Shown: in pieces, positions 8,989 through 18,423 of the stretch | How the letters are laid out: each line of letters begins with the position of its first letter | Position numbering within the stretch: the first letter of the stretch is position 1 | From: Hyphococcus sp. | Lineage (GTDB): Bacteria; Pseudomonadota; Alphaproteobacteria; Caulobacterales; Parvularculaceae | Assembly: GCA_021776315.1 (NCBI GenBank) | Contig: JAJFGD010000067.1 | Span: forward strand, 1-61,654 | DNA length: 61,654 nucleotides | Direction: 5' to 3' | Position numbers and translations under genes: made by a program | The notes under the pieces: model-generated | The model's database searches: none | Told to the model about the DNA's origin: nothing | The model's input: only the letters and a program-made list of their open reading frames with translations

Positions 8989-10932
8989 ATGACCCAAGAT
9001 TTGGACATTCGATTCGTCGCCTTTGGGTTGATTGTTCTTGCGATTCTTGGGGCGCTTTTTGCGCCTGCAATGCCCTTCACCATTGATGGGGTGATCTATA
9101 CTGATATGGCAAAAGCCATGAGCGAGAACGGGTCATTTGCTATTGCCAGCAATGGCGGGGTTGATGGCGCCCCAGCGCTCTCGAAAGAAATTACGTTTGA
9201 AAATAATGGCCTTGCCTATCCACTTTATCCAAGCGGTTATGCGATTATCGCTGCGCCATTTTATGCATTAATGGGTGTACGTGGTCTCATTTTGATGAAT
9301 GGGCTCGCCTTCCTCGGTTGTGCATTTCTGGTTTATCATATTTCGCGACGGTTTTTTGCCGACCGGTTCATCCACATCGCCTCTCTCACCGTGTTTGTTG
9401 TCGCCACATTTGTCACCAACTATGTAACGGCAATTTGGCCGCATATGTTGGCACTATTAACTTGGCTTGGCGCCATCGCCTGTGCGATTTCGGCGGCAGA
9501 GGAAACCTCTGATCTCCGCCGAACATGGATGCTTATCGCATCCGGTTTAGTAATCGGTCTTGGAATTTCAATTCGTATCGACAGCATTTTAATCTACATG
9601 GTGTTGTTCATTTGGCTGCGGGTGTTTTCGCGGCCTGCAGATCGTCTAGCACCGCTTTGGTTAAGTAGTGGTCTCTTACCCGGTTTGGTTCTTTCAGCGC
9701 TTATGAATGCAGAAAAGTTTGGTATATTTACGCCGCTTTCCTATGGCCCCTCCAGTGGCGCGACTCAGCTTAGCAGCTATGCGGTTATATTGACCGCAGG
9801 CGGATTATCATTCTTGGCGCTTTGGCTCCTAAATTTCCCAGCTATTTTTTCAACGCTCAACGAACGTCTCGGACCTCGGAATTTGCTGCTGGCCAGTGTG
9901 ACAGCGACTGGTATCGCATTGTTCATCGCTGGAGGGTTTATATTCGACACGCTTTATGGCGTGTATGTACTCGTCTTCAATCTTCAAGCGCACAATGCTT
10001 ATACCCAAGCGGGGGTTGAGCTGAATGAATATGGACACTTGTTGTTTTGGGGCTATCCTAAAAAAGCCCTCATTCAGAGCTTACCTTATTTGCCTCTTTT
10101 GCTCATTCCAGGATTTTGGTTTTTTCGCGGAAAACACGTCAAAGCTGTTTCATTATGTTTATTAGCAATCGCAGCGCCCATTACATTTTATGCCCTAAAC
10201 CAATGGTTTGGTGGGGGCAGCTATAATCTACGGTACTTCATTCCTACTTTGCCTTTTATAGCGATATTGTCAGCAGCTGCCTTACATGACCTTACTAAAG
10301 TTGCAGGCTCAGTAAGCCGTCCAGTCTTGCTATTCGCTGGCGTCAGTGCTGCCGGCCTATATGTCGGCATGCAGGCGCTCGGCCAGGCCGTCCCATCACT
10401 TTACGCACCGGCGGCCCTTTACCCTCAATGGATAATTGCTTTTCTATGTGCCTGCTTTGTTGTTTCCTTCCTACATTTCCGTCGCCCAACTATTGCAAAA
10501 GCGACTTTGGTGGTGAGCAGTTTTGCGCTTATCTATGGCGCACTCGTTAGCCTTGCAGATGAATCGGGCCATGAAAAAGCGCGCGCTGAATTACGCGGAT
10601 ATGCACAGGTAATTTCGTCGGCGCTTCCGCAAAATGCGCTGGTATTAACGACATTGCCAGTATTGACGATGCACGCCCAACACAATGGCACGTCGATCAT
10701 GATTCCGCTTGAGGACAATATTGATGAGACCATCCGCGCTACCGACGCATTTGCGAGGGCCGGTCGTTGCATCTATTTTCATAATCCAATCGTCACAGAC
10801 CTTTTGGAACCCCATTTGCCCGATGGGACAATTAGCAAGGTGCCGTCATGGGCCGGTCGAGAAAAATTTCCTGGTGATGCCAAACTGGCATTTTTTACAC
10901 TGTCATCACAGAAAGATGCCTGCAGCTTTTAA
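8989..10932 (+). CDS. GT-C (ArnT/PMT-like) polytopic membrane glycosyltransferase
   Basis: TM1 followed by an acidic loop (FTIDGVIY), YPSGYAIIAAPFY, ISIRIDS, RYFIP; many TM segments and a C-terminal extracytoplasmic domain. Confidence 0.72.
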   Translation: MTQDLDIRFVAFGLIVLAILGALFAPAMPFTIDGVIYTDMAKAMSENGSFAIASNGGVDGAPALSKEITFENNGLAYPLYPSGYAIIAAPFYALMGVRGLILMNGLAFLGCAFLVYHISRRFFADRFIHIASLTVFVVATFVTNYVTAIWPHMLALLTWLGAIACAISAAEETSDLRRTWMLIASGLVIGLGISIRIDSILIYMVLFIWLRVFSRPADRLAPLWLSSGLLPGLVLSALMNAEKFGIFTPLSYGPSSGATQLSSYAVILTAGGLSFLALWLLNFPAIFSTLNERLGPRNLLLASVTATGIALFIAGGFIFDTLYGVYVLVFNLQAHNAYTQAGVELNEYGHLLFWGYPKKALIQSLPYLPLLLIPGFWFFRGKHVKAVSLCLLAIAAPITFYALNQWFGGGSYNLRYFIPTLPFIAILSAAALHDLTKVAGSVSRPVLLFAGVSAAGLYVGMQALGQAVPSLYAPAALYPQWIIAFLCACFVVSFLHFRRPTIAKATLVVSSFALIYGALVSLADESGHEKARAELRGYAQVISSALPQNALVLTTLPVLTMHAQHNGTSIMIPLEDNIDETIRATDAFARAGRCIYFHNPIVTDLLEPHLPDGTISKVPSWAGREKFPGDAKLAFFTLSSQKDACSF

Positions 10933-13718
10933 TGCGCCTCATCCCAATTGGCACCAGCACGAGCATCGACCGTCAACGGGACTGAAAGATTTACGGCCGG
11001 TAGTGGCGCTTTAATCATCGTTTTTTCAACAACAGTGCAAGTCGCATCCGCTTCTGCTTTCGGGCATTCAAAAATGAGTTCGTCATGAACCTGGAGTAGC
11101 ATGCGTGCCTGTAGCCTTGCCCGCGCAAGCGCACCCGGCATTTGAATCATTGCGCGCCGGATAACATCGGCGGCCGCTCCTTGAATTGGCGCATTGATCG
11201 CTTGACGCTCAGAATAGCCGCGCATAGCGCCATTCTTATCGTTGATCCCCGCGACATAGGTACGACGCCCAAAAATAGTTTCGACAAAGCCATCCGCTTT
11301 TGCCTGGGCAATTGTGTCGTCCATATACTGACGGATGCCGGGAAATTTTTTGAAATAGCTTTCAATATAATCTTTTGCTTCGCCGCGCGAAATACTGAGC
11401 TGATTGGCTAATCCGAAAGCGGAAATCCCGTAGATAATCCCAAAATTGATTGCCTTGGCGCGTCGGCGCACCATGGGGTCCATGCCTTCAACGGGCATGC
11501 CAAACATTTCTGATGCTGTCATGGCGTGAATATCAATCCCATCCGCAAAAGCCTGTTTCATCGATTTCAAGTCGGCAATATGGGCCAATAATCGAAGTTC
11601 GATTTGGCTGTAGTCAGCCGAAATCAAAACATTTCCCTTTTCAGGAATAAAGGCTGTCCGAATTTTGCGCCCATCTTCAGTTCTGATCGGAATATTTTGG
11701 AGGTTCGGATCCGTCGACGCGAGGCGCCCCGTCGTTGTTGACGCAAGCGCATATGATGTGTGTACACGCCCAGTTTCTGGATTGATGGCTTGCGGCAGCG
11801 CATCCGTATAAGTGCTTTTTAATTTCGAAAGGCTACGCCAATCCAACAAGGCACGCGGTAATTCATGTCCACCTGCCGCCAATTCTTCGAGTACGTCTGC
11901 CTTCGTTGACCACGCACCTTTGGCAGTTTTCCGTCCGCCTGGTAACCCCAGCTTGCCAAATAGAATTTCAGAGATTTGTTTCGGTGAGCCTAAGTTGAAC
12001 TCCTCACCCGCATGTTTATACGCCTCCGCCTCCGACGCGGCCATGCGTTGCGCGAAATCGCCTGAGAGCCGAGAGAGAACAGCCGGGTCAATTTTTACGC
12101 CTTCGCTTTCCATCCCGACGATCACGGGCGCAAGCGGGCGATCGAGCGTTTCATAAACTGTCGCCTTACCTTCGGCCGCGAGGCGTGGCTTCAGTTTCTC
12201 GAATAGGCGCAACGTTATGTCTGCGTCTTCCGCTGCATATTGTGCTGCTTCTTTGATTGGAATTTGATCAAAGGTTTTGGCCTTCTTGCCAGTACCTGCC
12301 ACATCGGAAAATTTGATTGTCGTATAATCAAGATGCCTTTTGGCGAGATCATCCATGCCATGCCCGCCTTTACCGCAATCAAGGGCATAAGAGATCAACA
12401 TCGTGTCGTCGAACGGGGATAAAGAAATATCGTAGCGCGCTAAGACCTGCGCATCATATTTGAGATTTTGACCAACCTTCAAAATTGAGGGGTCTTCCAA
12501 CATCGGCTTTAGAATTTTCAGCGCTTTTTCAAGGTTGATTTGCTTTGCCACATCTTCATCATCAAGGGCCAATCCGTCAGCGCCATGACCAAGGGGTATG
12601 TAACAAGCCTCCCCCGTCCTTATGGAGAGGCAAACCCCAACAAGCTTTGCTTGCATCGCATCCAAGCTATTTGTTTCTGTATCAACAGATATGACGCCGC
12701 GCTCATAGGCTTTTGCAACCCATTCGCTAAGGCGCTTTTCGTCAAATACGGTTTCGTAATTGACTTCGGCGGGACCTGCATCCGATGGCGCAGAAGCGGC
12801 AATATTGTCTTGAAGCCCGGCATCACGCTTCACGCGATCGATGAGTTTTGTGAACTCCATCTCTTCTAGAAATGGCAGCAAAAGGTCGAGATCAATTTTG
12901 CGCATCGCTAATGCATCAACCGAGTCCTCTAATGGTACATCGGTACGCAACTCTACTAGCTGTTTGGAAATACGCGCTTGCTCGGCGAACTCGATTAAAT
13001 TCTCACGGCGTTTATTTTGTTTAATTTCGCTCGCACGCGAAAGAAGCGTTTCTAGATCGCCATATTCTTCGATCAAAAGCGCTGCAGTTTTTACGCCGAT
13101 CCCAGGTACACCCGGAACATTATCGGAAGAGTCACCTGCCAGCGCTTGAATATCGACCACATTCTCAGGGGGCAATCCAAATTTCTCGATCACCTCATCT
13201 CGCTTGATGGGTTTGTTTTTCATGGGGTCAAACATGGAGATTTGATCGCTGACAAGTTGCATCAAATCCTTGTCAGACGACACGATCACCACCTCACCAC
13301 CATCAGCCTCAACCTGGCGAGCATAGGTTGCAATAATATCATCCGCCTCGAACCCCTCCGTTTCTATGCATGGCACATTGAAGGCGCGGGTCGCATCACG
13401 CACAAGCGGGAATTGCGGGATTAAATCCTCAGGCGCGTCAGGGCGATTGCCTTTATAGTCGCCGTAAATCTCGTTCCGAAAAGTTTTGCCAGAGTAGTCA
13501 AAAATGACGGCCAAATGAGTTGGCTCATGCTCGTCGCGCATATCCATCAAAAACTTGTTGAGCATGTTGGAAAAACCCAATACGGCACCAACAGGAAGGC
13601 CATCCGATTGACGTGTCAGCCCCTCGCGGCTGCGCGCCATCGCAAAATAGGCGCGAAATAAATATCCGGAGCCATCAACAAGATAGAGCTTTACCGGCTC
13701 TTTTGATTTTTTAGCCAT
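10929..13718 (-). CDS. polA: DNA polymerase I
   Basis: 5'-3' exonuclease (LVDGSGYLFRAY, EADD, GDSSDNVPGVPGIG), 3'-5' exonuclease (VDTET) and polymerase motifs (ADYSQIELR, KAINFGIIYG, LQVHDEL). Confidence 0.99.
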   Translation of the reverse strand: MAKKSKEPVKLYLVDGSGYLFRAYFAMARSREGLTRQSDGLPVGAVLGFSNMLNKFLMDMRDEHEPTHLAVIFDYSGKTFRNEIYGDYKGNRPDAPEDLIPQFPLVRDATRAFNVPCIETEGFEADDIIATYARQVEADGGEVVIVSSDKDLMQLVSDQISMFDPMKNKPIKRDEVIEKFGLPPENVVDIQALAGDSSDNVPGVPGIGVKTAALLIEEYGDLETLLSRASEIKQNKRRENLIEFAEQARISKQLVELRTDVPLEDSVDALAMRKIDLDLLLPFLEEMEFTKLIDRVKRDAGLQDNIAASAPSDAGPAEVNYETVFDEKRLSEWVAKAYERGVISVDTETNSLDAMQAKLVGVCLSIRTGEACYIPLGHGADGLALDDEDVAKQINLEKALKILKPMLEDPSILKVGQNLKYDAQVLARYDISLSPFDDTMLISYALDCGKGGHGMDDLAKRHLDYTTIKFSDVAGTGKKAKTFDQIPIKEAAQYAAEDADITLRLFEKLKPRLAAEGKATVYETLDRPLAPVIVGMESEGVKIDPAVLSRLSGDFAQRMAASEAEAYKHAGEEFNLGSPKQISEILFGKLGLPGGRKTAKGAWSTKADVLEELAAGGHELPRALLDWRSLSKLKSTYTDALPQAINPETGRVHTSYALASTTTGRLASTDPNLQNIPIRTEDGRKIRTAFIPEKGNVLISADYSQIELRLLAHIADLKSMKQAFADGIDIHAMTASEMFGMPVEGMDPMVRRRAKAINFGIIYGISAFGLANQLSISRGEAKDYIESYFKKFPGIRQYMDDTIAQAKADGFVETIFGRRTYVAGINDKNGAMRGYSERQAINAPIQGAAADVIRRAMIQMPGALARARLQARMLLQVHDELIFECPKAEADATCTVVEKTMIKAPLPAVNLSVPLTVDARAGANWDEAH

Positions 13719-13768
13719 GTGTCGTAGCGTTCCTTTTTCGTCACCAACCCTTGCATAGGAGAGACGCC

Positions 13769-14146
13769 GTGAAAGTTCTAGGGATCAGGTTTTGCAAAGT
13801 ATCACCATCTGGCGAAGCGCAGGCCCTTGCTGAGATACTTGGGGAAAACGGCCTAGGGCTGACCCCCACAGATATGGGGGCCTTAGATAGTTTTGGCGGT
13901 GCCGTATTCCCGGTAGGCGACGCCCCTCAAGGACAAGGCAGCTGGATCGAGATTTGGCCCGCGGGTGAAAATATGCCGGAGATGACGATGTTACAGATTG
14001 TTGTCGATGATGCAGATGCCTGGGCCGCGCGGGCAAAAGAAAAAGGCGTCGCTGTCAAAGGTCCAGACGATGCCCATGGGGAGCGCATTTATTACATTGA
14101 TGGAACGGGCGGCTTGCCCATCGCGTTTTTGTCGAAGGCCAGTTGA
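13769..14146 (+). CDS. VOC/glyoxalase superfamily protein
   Basis: MLQIVVDDADAWAARAKEKGV...HGERIYYID. GTG start at 13769 follows an AGGAGA RBS. Confidence 0.7.
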   Translation: MKVLGIRFCKVSPSGEAQALAEILGENGLGLTPTDMGALDSFGGAVFPVGDAPQGQGSWIEIWPAGENMPEMTMLQIVVDDADAWAARAKEKGVAVKGPDDAHGERIYYIDGTGGLPIAFLSKAS

Positions 14147-14149
14147 TCT

Positions 14150-15436
14150 TTATTCCGCAGCCATTTTCATAGCGGGACGATTGCGCGCTTCTTTTGCGGC
14201 CATACGCATGAACTTTGCGACCTTTGGCTGAATTTCTGTGCGCCAGCGTGAACCATTAAACACGCCATAATGCCCGACTTTCGGCTGCACATAATCAAGC
14301 TGCATATTTTGCGGAATGTTTGTGCACAAATCATGTGCCGCTTGGGTTTGACCAATGCCAGAAATATCGTCGTTCTCACCTTCAACGGTCATCAGGGCGA
14401 TATCAGTGATCGCGTGCGGTTTCACCACCTGACCGCGATGCATAAACTTGCCTTCCGCCAATGAGTGCTCCTGGAACACATCACGAATCGTTTGAAGGTA
14501 GAATTCTTCGGTCATGTCTAAAACTGACAGATATTCATCGTAAAATTGTCGGTGTTTTTCCGCGCTGTCCCCATCTCCCTCAACCAAATGTTGGAAATAG
14601 TCATGATGCGCGTCCATATGGCGATCCGTGTTCATCGCTAAAAATGAATAGAGCTGTACAAAGCCAGGATAAACCCGGCGCATGGCCCCGGCATAAGGTC
14701 CGGGCACTGTATAAATCATATTCTGCGCAAACCAGGCAAAGGGTCGTTCTTGCGAAATCACATTGGGGACCGTCGGCGAGAGGCGAGTATCAATCGGGCT
14801 GCCCATAATCGTCATTGATGCCGGGCGACACGCATCGCCATTTTCAGCCATCACAGCCGCAGCGGCGAGCAATGCTGGACCTGGTTGGCACACCGCCATG
14901 GCATGTGTGCCTGGACCAATGTGCTGCATAAATTCTATGAGATAATCGACATAATCGTTAAGATCGAAACGCCCGCAAGCAACTGGAACGTTACGCGCAT
15001 CCGCCCAATCCGTGATGTAAACATCATGATCAGGGATCATCGCCTCAACCGTTCCGCGCAACAATGTAGCGAAGTGACCGGACATTGGCGCGATGATTAA
15101 AACCTTAGGATCCGGCTCGCGTGAACCGCGTGCGGCCGCGAGCGCTTCTTCGTCGCGCTTGAAGTGCAGCAAGGTGCCAAAGTCTTTGGTCAGTACAGGA
15201 TCGATCGTCAACGGAACGCTGACATCACCAATTTGAGCAGCGTCAATTCCCCAATCAGGTTTTGGGTAGCGGCGCGTTGCATGTTCAAAAACATCGAGAG
15301 CGGCTGCCGTTGATCGGGCCACCCAACTATTCGCCATAGGATTAAGCGGTGACCGCCAAAATCTTGCCCCAACACCGGCTGCAATGCGCGCCGGCGAAAC
15401 GGCGGCATAAGCAAGCTCATAAGCGGAATACAACAT
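14150..15436 (-). CDS. phaZ: Intracellular polyhydroxyalkanoate depolymerase
   Basis: APMSGHFATLLRGTV, DVYITDW, catalytic AVCQP, EGENDDISG and GHYGVFNG motifs. Start at ATG 15436. Confidence 0.95.
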   Translation of the reverse strand: MLYSAYELAYAAVSPARIAAGVGARFWRSPLNPMANSWVARSTAAALDVFEHATRRYPKPDWGIDAAQIGDVSVPLTIDPVLTKDFGTLLHFKRDEEALAAARGSREPDPKVLIIAPMSGHFATLLRGTVEAMIPDHDVYITDWADARNVPVACGRFDLNDYVDYLIEFMQHIGPGTHAMAVCQPGPALLAAAAVMAENGDACRPASMTIMGSPIDTRLSPTVPNVISQERPFAWFAQNMIYTVPGPYAGAMRRVYPGFVQLYSFLAMNTDRHMDAHHDYFQHLVEGDGDSAEKHRQFYDEYLSVLDMTEEFYLQTIRDVFQEHSLAEGKFMHRGQVVKPHAITDIALMTVEGENDDISGIGQTQAAHDLCTNIPQNMQLDYVQPKVGHYGVFNGSRWRTEIQPKVAKFMRMAAKEARNRPAMKMAAE

Positions 15437-15468
15437 GAAAACTGCGGCCCCTACGCTACTCACAACTA

Positions 15469-15483
15469 TGCTGCATAGCACAA
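15469..15483. promoter_or_regulatory. Putative PhaR operator upstream of phaZ
   Basis: TGCTGCATAGCACAA lies about 35-45 bp upstream of phaZ. Each strand has one mismatch to the TGCRNYGCASMA-type PhaR motif (consensus recalled from memory). Confidence 0.5.
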
Positions 15484-15627
15484 TTTGTGTGAAATTCCTT
15501 AAAGTCGGCGGACTATGAGCTGAATTGCAGCGCGAAATCAATCATTCATGACCATCTTGCAATGTCTTGAACAGCCCTGATTTTTGGTAACCTACTGAAA
15601 TTTCTTAATTTTTCCAGATGAAAGAGC

Positions 15628-16218
15628 TTAAGCATCAATATTGCGGCGCAATAAGGCTGCCAGCCCTTGCGGGTCAATTCCGCCAATAATGGCAAATTCC
15701 GGCTGGCCATTTCGGTCTGTGATGTAGAAAAATCGCCCGTGATTGACCGTATATTCTAGCGCGCTGTCTGGAAGCGGCTCTTTCTCTGCGAACAACTTGA
15801 AGCTTTGGCGCGCAGCCATTGCCGCCTCAACCGTGCCTGTGAGCGGGATGATGCGCTCATCAAACGCAAAATAATCGCTCAATGTTTGCGGCGTATCCCG
15901 TTCTGGGTCGACGGAAATGAAGACAGGGGCGACTTTATCCGCATCGGCACCCAATTCATTAAGAGCAGCACTCATCACATTGACGTCACCTGGGCAAACA
16001 TCCGGGCAATAGGTGAAGCCAAAATAGATCAACATTACCTTGCCTGCGAAATCCTCATCCGTACGGGCCACCCCATTTTTGTCGACCAGGGTAAAATCAC
16101 CCGTGAATTGCTCCGACAGCGCCACAACACCTTCTTTTGGCAACGGCGTGGCACTCTCTCGAGCGCAACTGACGGACAAGCCCGCCAGGGCAGCAATCAG
16201 AATAATCGGCCAACGCAT
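15628..16218 (-). CDS. senC: SCO1/SenC copper chaperone lipoprotein
   Basis: Lipobox LSVSC; YFGFTYCPDVCP (CxxxC), SVDPERDT and YTVNH motifs. Confidence 0.92.
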   Translation of the reverse strand: MRWPIILIAALAGLSVSCARESATPLPKEGVVALSEQFTGDFTLVDKNGVARTDEDFAGKVMLIYFGFTYCPDVCPGDVNVMSAALNELGADADKVAPVFISVDPERDTPQTLSDYFAFDERIIPLTGTVEAAMAARQSFKLFAEKEPLPDSALEYTVNHGRFFYITDRNGQPEFAIIGGIDPQGLAALLRRNIDA

Positions 16219-16299
16219 GATCGCTCCTAAAAACTGTCAAATGATCGCCCCTTCATAAACGCCTTCCATTTCCATGAATAGTCGCGGTAAAAGCGCCGA

Positions 16300-17646
16300 A
16301 TGCCGCACGCCCTTGCTGATAGCCAAGCCGCCATGAACGCCTTACGCGGGCCCGTTCGCCTGCGCACATTGACCACTTTGCGATGGTTGGCTGTAGGTGG
16401 TCAGACCACAGCGATCTTGTTTGTTCATTTTGGGCTTGGCTTTCCAACACCTTTGGGACTTTGCCTGGGCGCGATTGCAGCAAGCGCCTGGCTAAATCTG
16501 TTCACCGTGTTGCGCTTCTCACCCCAACGTTTTTTGAGCGACCGGGAAGCGGCGGCCTATATTGCCTTCGACATCGTACAGTTATGTACGTTGCTGTTTT
16601 TTACCGGTGGTTTGTCGAATCCATTTTCCGCTCTGATCATTGCGCCGGTGACCATTGCGGCCAGTGTTTTACCCTTGCGCCTCACCGTCCTTATTGGCGC
16701 GTTGGCTCTTGCGGGCGTTGGGATGTTGGGGCTGTTTCACATGCCGCTACCATGGACACCTGGCGACGAATTACTGATCGCCCCAATTTATAATGCAGGG
16801 GTTTGGGCAGCGCTTAGTTTTTCGGTGTTGTTTTTCGCGGCTTACGCACATCGGATCGCGGCGGAATCTGCACAAATGCGTAGCGCCCTTGCCGCCACAC
16901 AACTTGTGCTGGCGCGCGAGGAACGATTGGCGGCGCTCGGCGGGCTTGCGGCGGCGGCGGCTCATGAACTTGGCACCCCCCTCGCAACGATCCAACTGAC
17001 CGCCAAAGAAATGCAACGTGACCTTGGCGATGATGATCCAGAACTCGCTGATGACGCTGCACTTCTAGTGAGCCAAGCGGAACGGTGCCGCGACATTCTT
17101 GGGCGCTTGTCTAAACATGGCGATGCTGGCGATGCCCTGCATGATCGGCTTGGCGTTGACGTTTTGATGGAAGAAGCGGCGGCACCATTTCTCGATCAAC
17201 CGGGCGGTCCCAAAATTCGCATTGAAACCTCTAGTCGCGACGGCGCTGTAGAGCCGATTTTACAGCGGCGTCCGGAAATTATATTTGGGCTGCGTAACTT
17301 CGTCGAGAACGCCGTCAGCTATGCTGATAATGAGATTGTGATGTCTGCTGCTTGGAGCGGCGAAACCCTTTCCATATCGGTGTTGGATGATGGCCCAGGA
17401 TTCGCGCAAGACGTGTTGATGCGCCTCGGCGAACCCTATGTAAGTGCGCGGACCATGCCAAGGGCGCTCGGTTCCCAAAAAACCGGTATGGGGCTTGGGT
17501 TTTTTATCGCAAAAACGCTTCTGGAGGGGACCGGGGCGCAGGTTTCTTTCGAAAACCGACAACGAGATGATGCATCCGGCCAAACCGGTGCAATCGTCAC
17601 TGCAAACTGGCCTATTCAGGCCCTTTCTGCCGAACCAATGTCTTGA
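16300..17646 (+). CDS. regB: Redox sensor histidine kinase RegB/PrrB/ActS
   Basis: Quinone-binding loop GGLSNPF, H-box AAHELGTPL, redox Cys ERCRDIL, G-boxes DDGPGF and GMGLGFFIA. Confidence 0.95.
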   Translation: MPHALADSQAAMNALRGPVRLRTLTTLRWLAVGGQTTAILFVHFGLGFPTPLGLCLGAIAASAWLNLFTVLRFSPQRFLSDREAAAYIAFDIVQLCTLLFFTGGLSNPFSALIIAPVTIAASVLPLRLTVLIGALALAGVGMLGLFHMPLPWTPGDELLIAPIYNAGVWAALSFSVLFFAAYAHRIAAESAQMRSALAATQLVLAREERLAALGGLAAAAAHELGTPLATIQLTAKEMQRDLGDDDPELADDAALLVSQAERCRDILGRLSKHGDAGDALHDRLGVDVLMEEAAAPFLDQPGGPKIRIETSSRDGAVEPILQRRPEIIFGLRNFVENAVSYADNEIVMSAAWSGETLSISVLDDGPGFAQDVLMRLGEPYVSARTMPRALGSQKTGMGLGFFIAKTLLEGTGAQVSFENRQRDDASGQTGAIVTANWPIQALSAEPMS

Positions 17647-17688
17647 ATAACATCGGTAAAAAGCGCATTTAGAGAACAAGTTGCGAGA

Positions 17689-18285
17689 ATGAAATTGATG
17701 GACGAAACAAGCATGACCACCGACCAGGATGAGGCACCGGAAAACGACGCCGTTTTGTCGACTGACGCTACCTTATTGATCGTGGATGACGATGAGCCGT
17801 TTCGCAATCGCCTTGGGCGGGCGATGGAAAAACGGGGTTTCCAACCGATCTTGGCTGCAGGCGTGGCCGACGCGGCTAAAGTCCTCAAAGACACGGCACC
17901 AGCTTTTGCAGTTGTTGACCTTCGCTTGGAAGACGGTGACGGCCTCAAAGTCGTCAACGAAATTCATGACAAACGCGAAGACTGTCGCGTCGTCATGCTT
18001 ACCGGTTATGGCAATATCGCAACCGCCGTCGCCGCGGTTAAAGCTGGTGCGATCGATTATCTATCAAAACCGGCCGATGCCGACGATGTCGAAAAAGCAT
18101 TATTGGCACGACCGGGTGAACGTCCAGCTCCACCTGAAAACCCGATGTCCGCGGATCGGGTCCGTTGGGAGCATATTCAGCGCGTTTACGAGCTGTGCGA
18201 CCATAATGTCTCTGAAACCGCCCGACGGTTGGGCATGCACCGGCGTACCTTGCAACGTATCCTAGCCAAAAGGGCGCCACGTTAG
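17689..18285 (+). CDS. regA: Response regulator RegA/PrrA/ActR
   Basis: Receiver domain plus PPENPMSADRVRWEHIQRVYELCDHNVSETARRLGMHRRTLQRILAKRAPR. Start could be 17698 or 17713. Confidence 0.97.
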   Translation: MKLMDETSMTTDQDEAPENDAVLSTDATLLIVDDDEPFRNRLGRAMEKRGFQPILAAGVADAAKVLKDTAPAFAVVDLRLEDGDGLKVVNEIHDKREDCRVVMLTGYGNIATAVAAVKAGAIDYLSKPADADDVEKALLARPGERPAPPENPMSADRVRWEHIQRVYELCDHNVSETARRLGMHRRTLQRILAKRAPR

Positions 18286-18423
18286 TCGCACGCCTTTGCT
18301 GAGACGGCGAACCGTTTCACTAATGCGATGAACGCAGTCGACCACCCTTGACCACTCAGCATTGCCCCCCAACACTGGGCGGTATTTTGTAAAAATCAAC
18401 GCCCAATAGTTCGGAGCTTCTTC

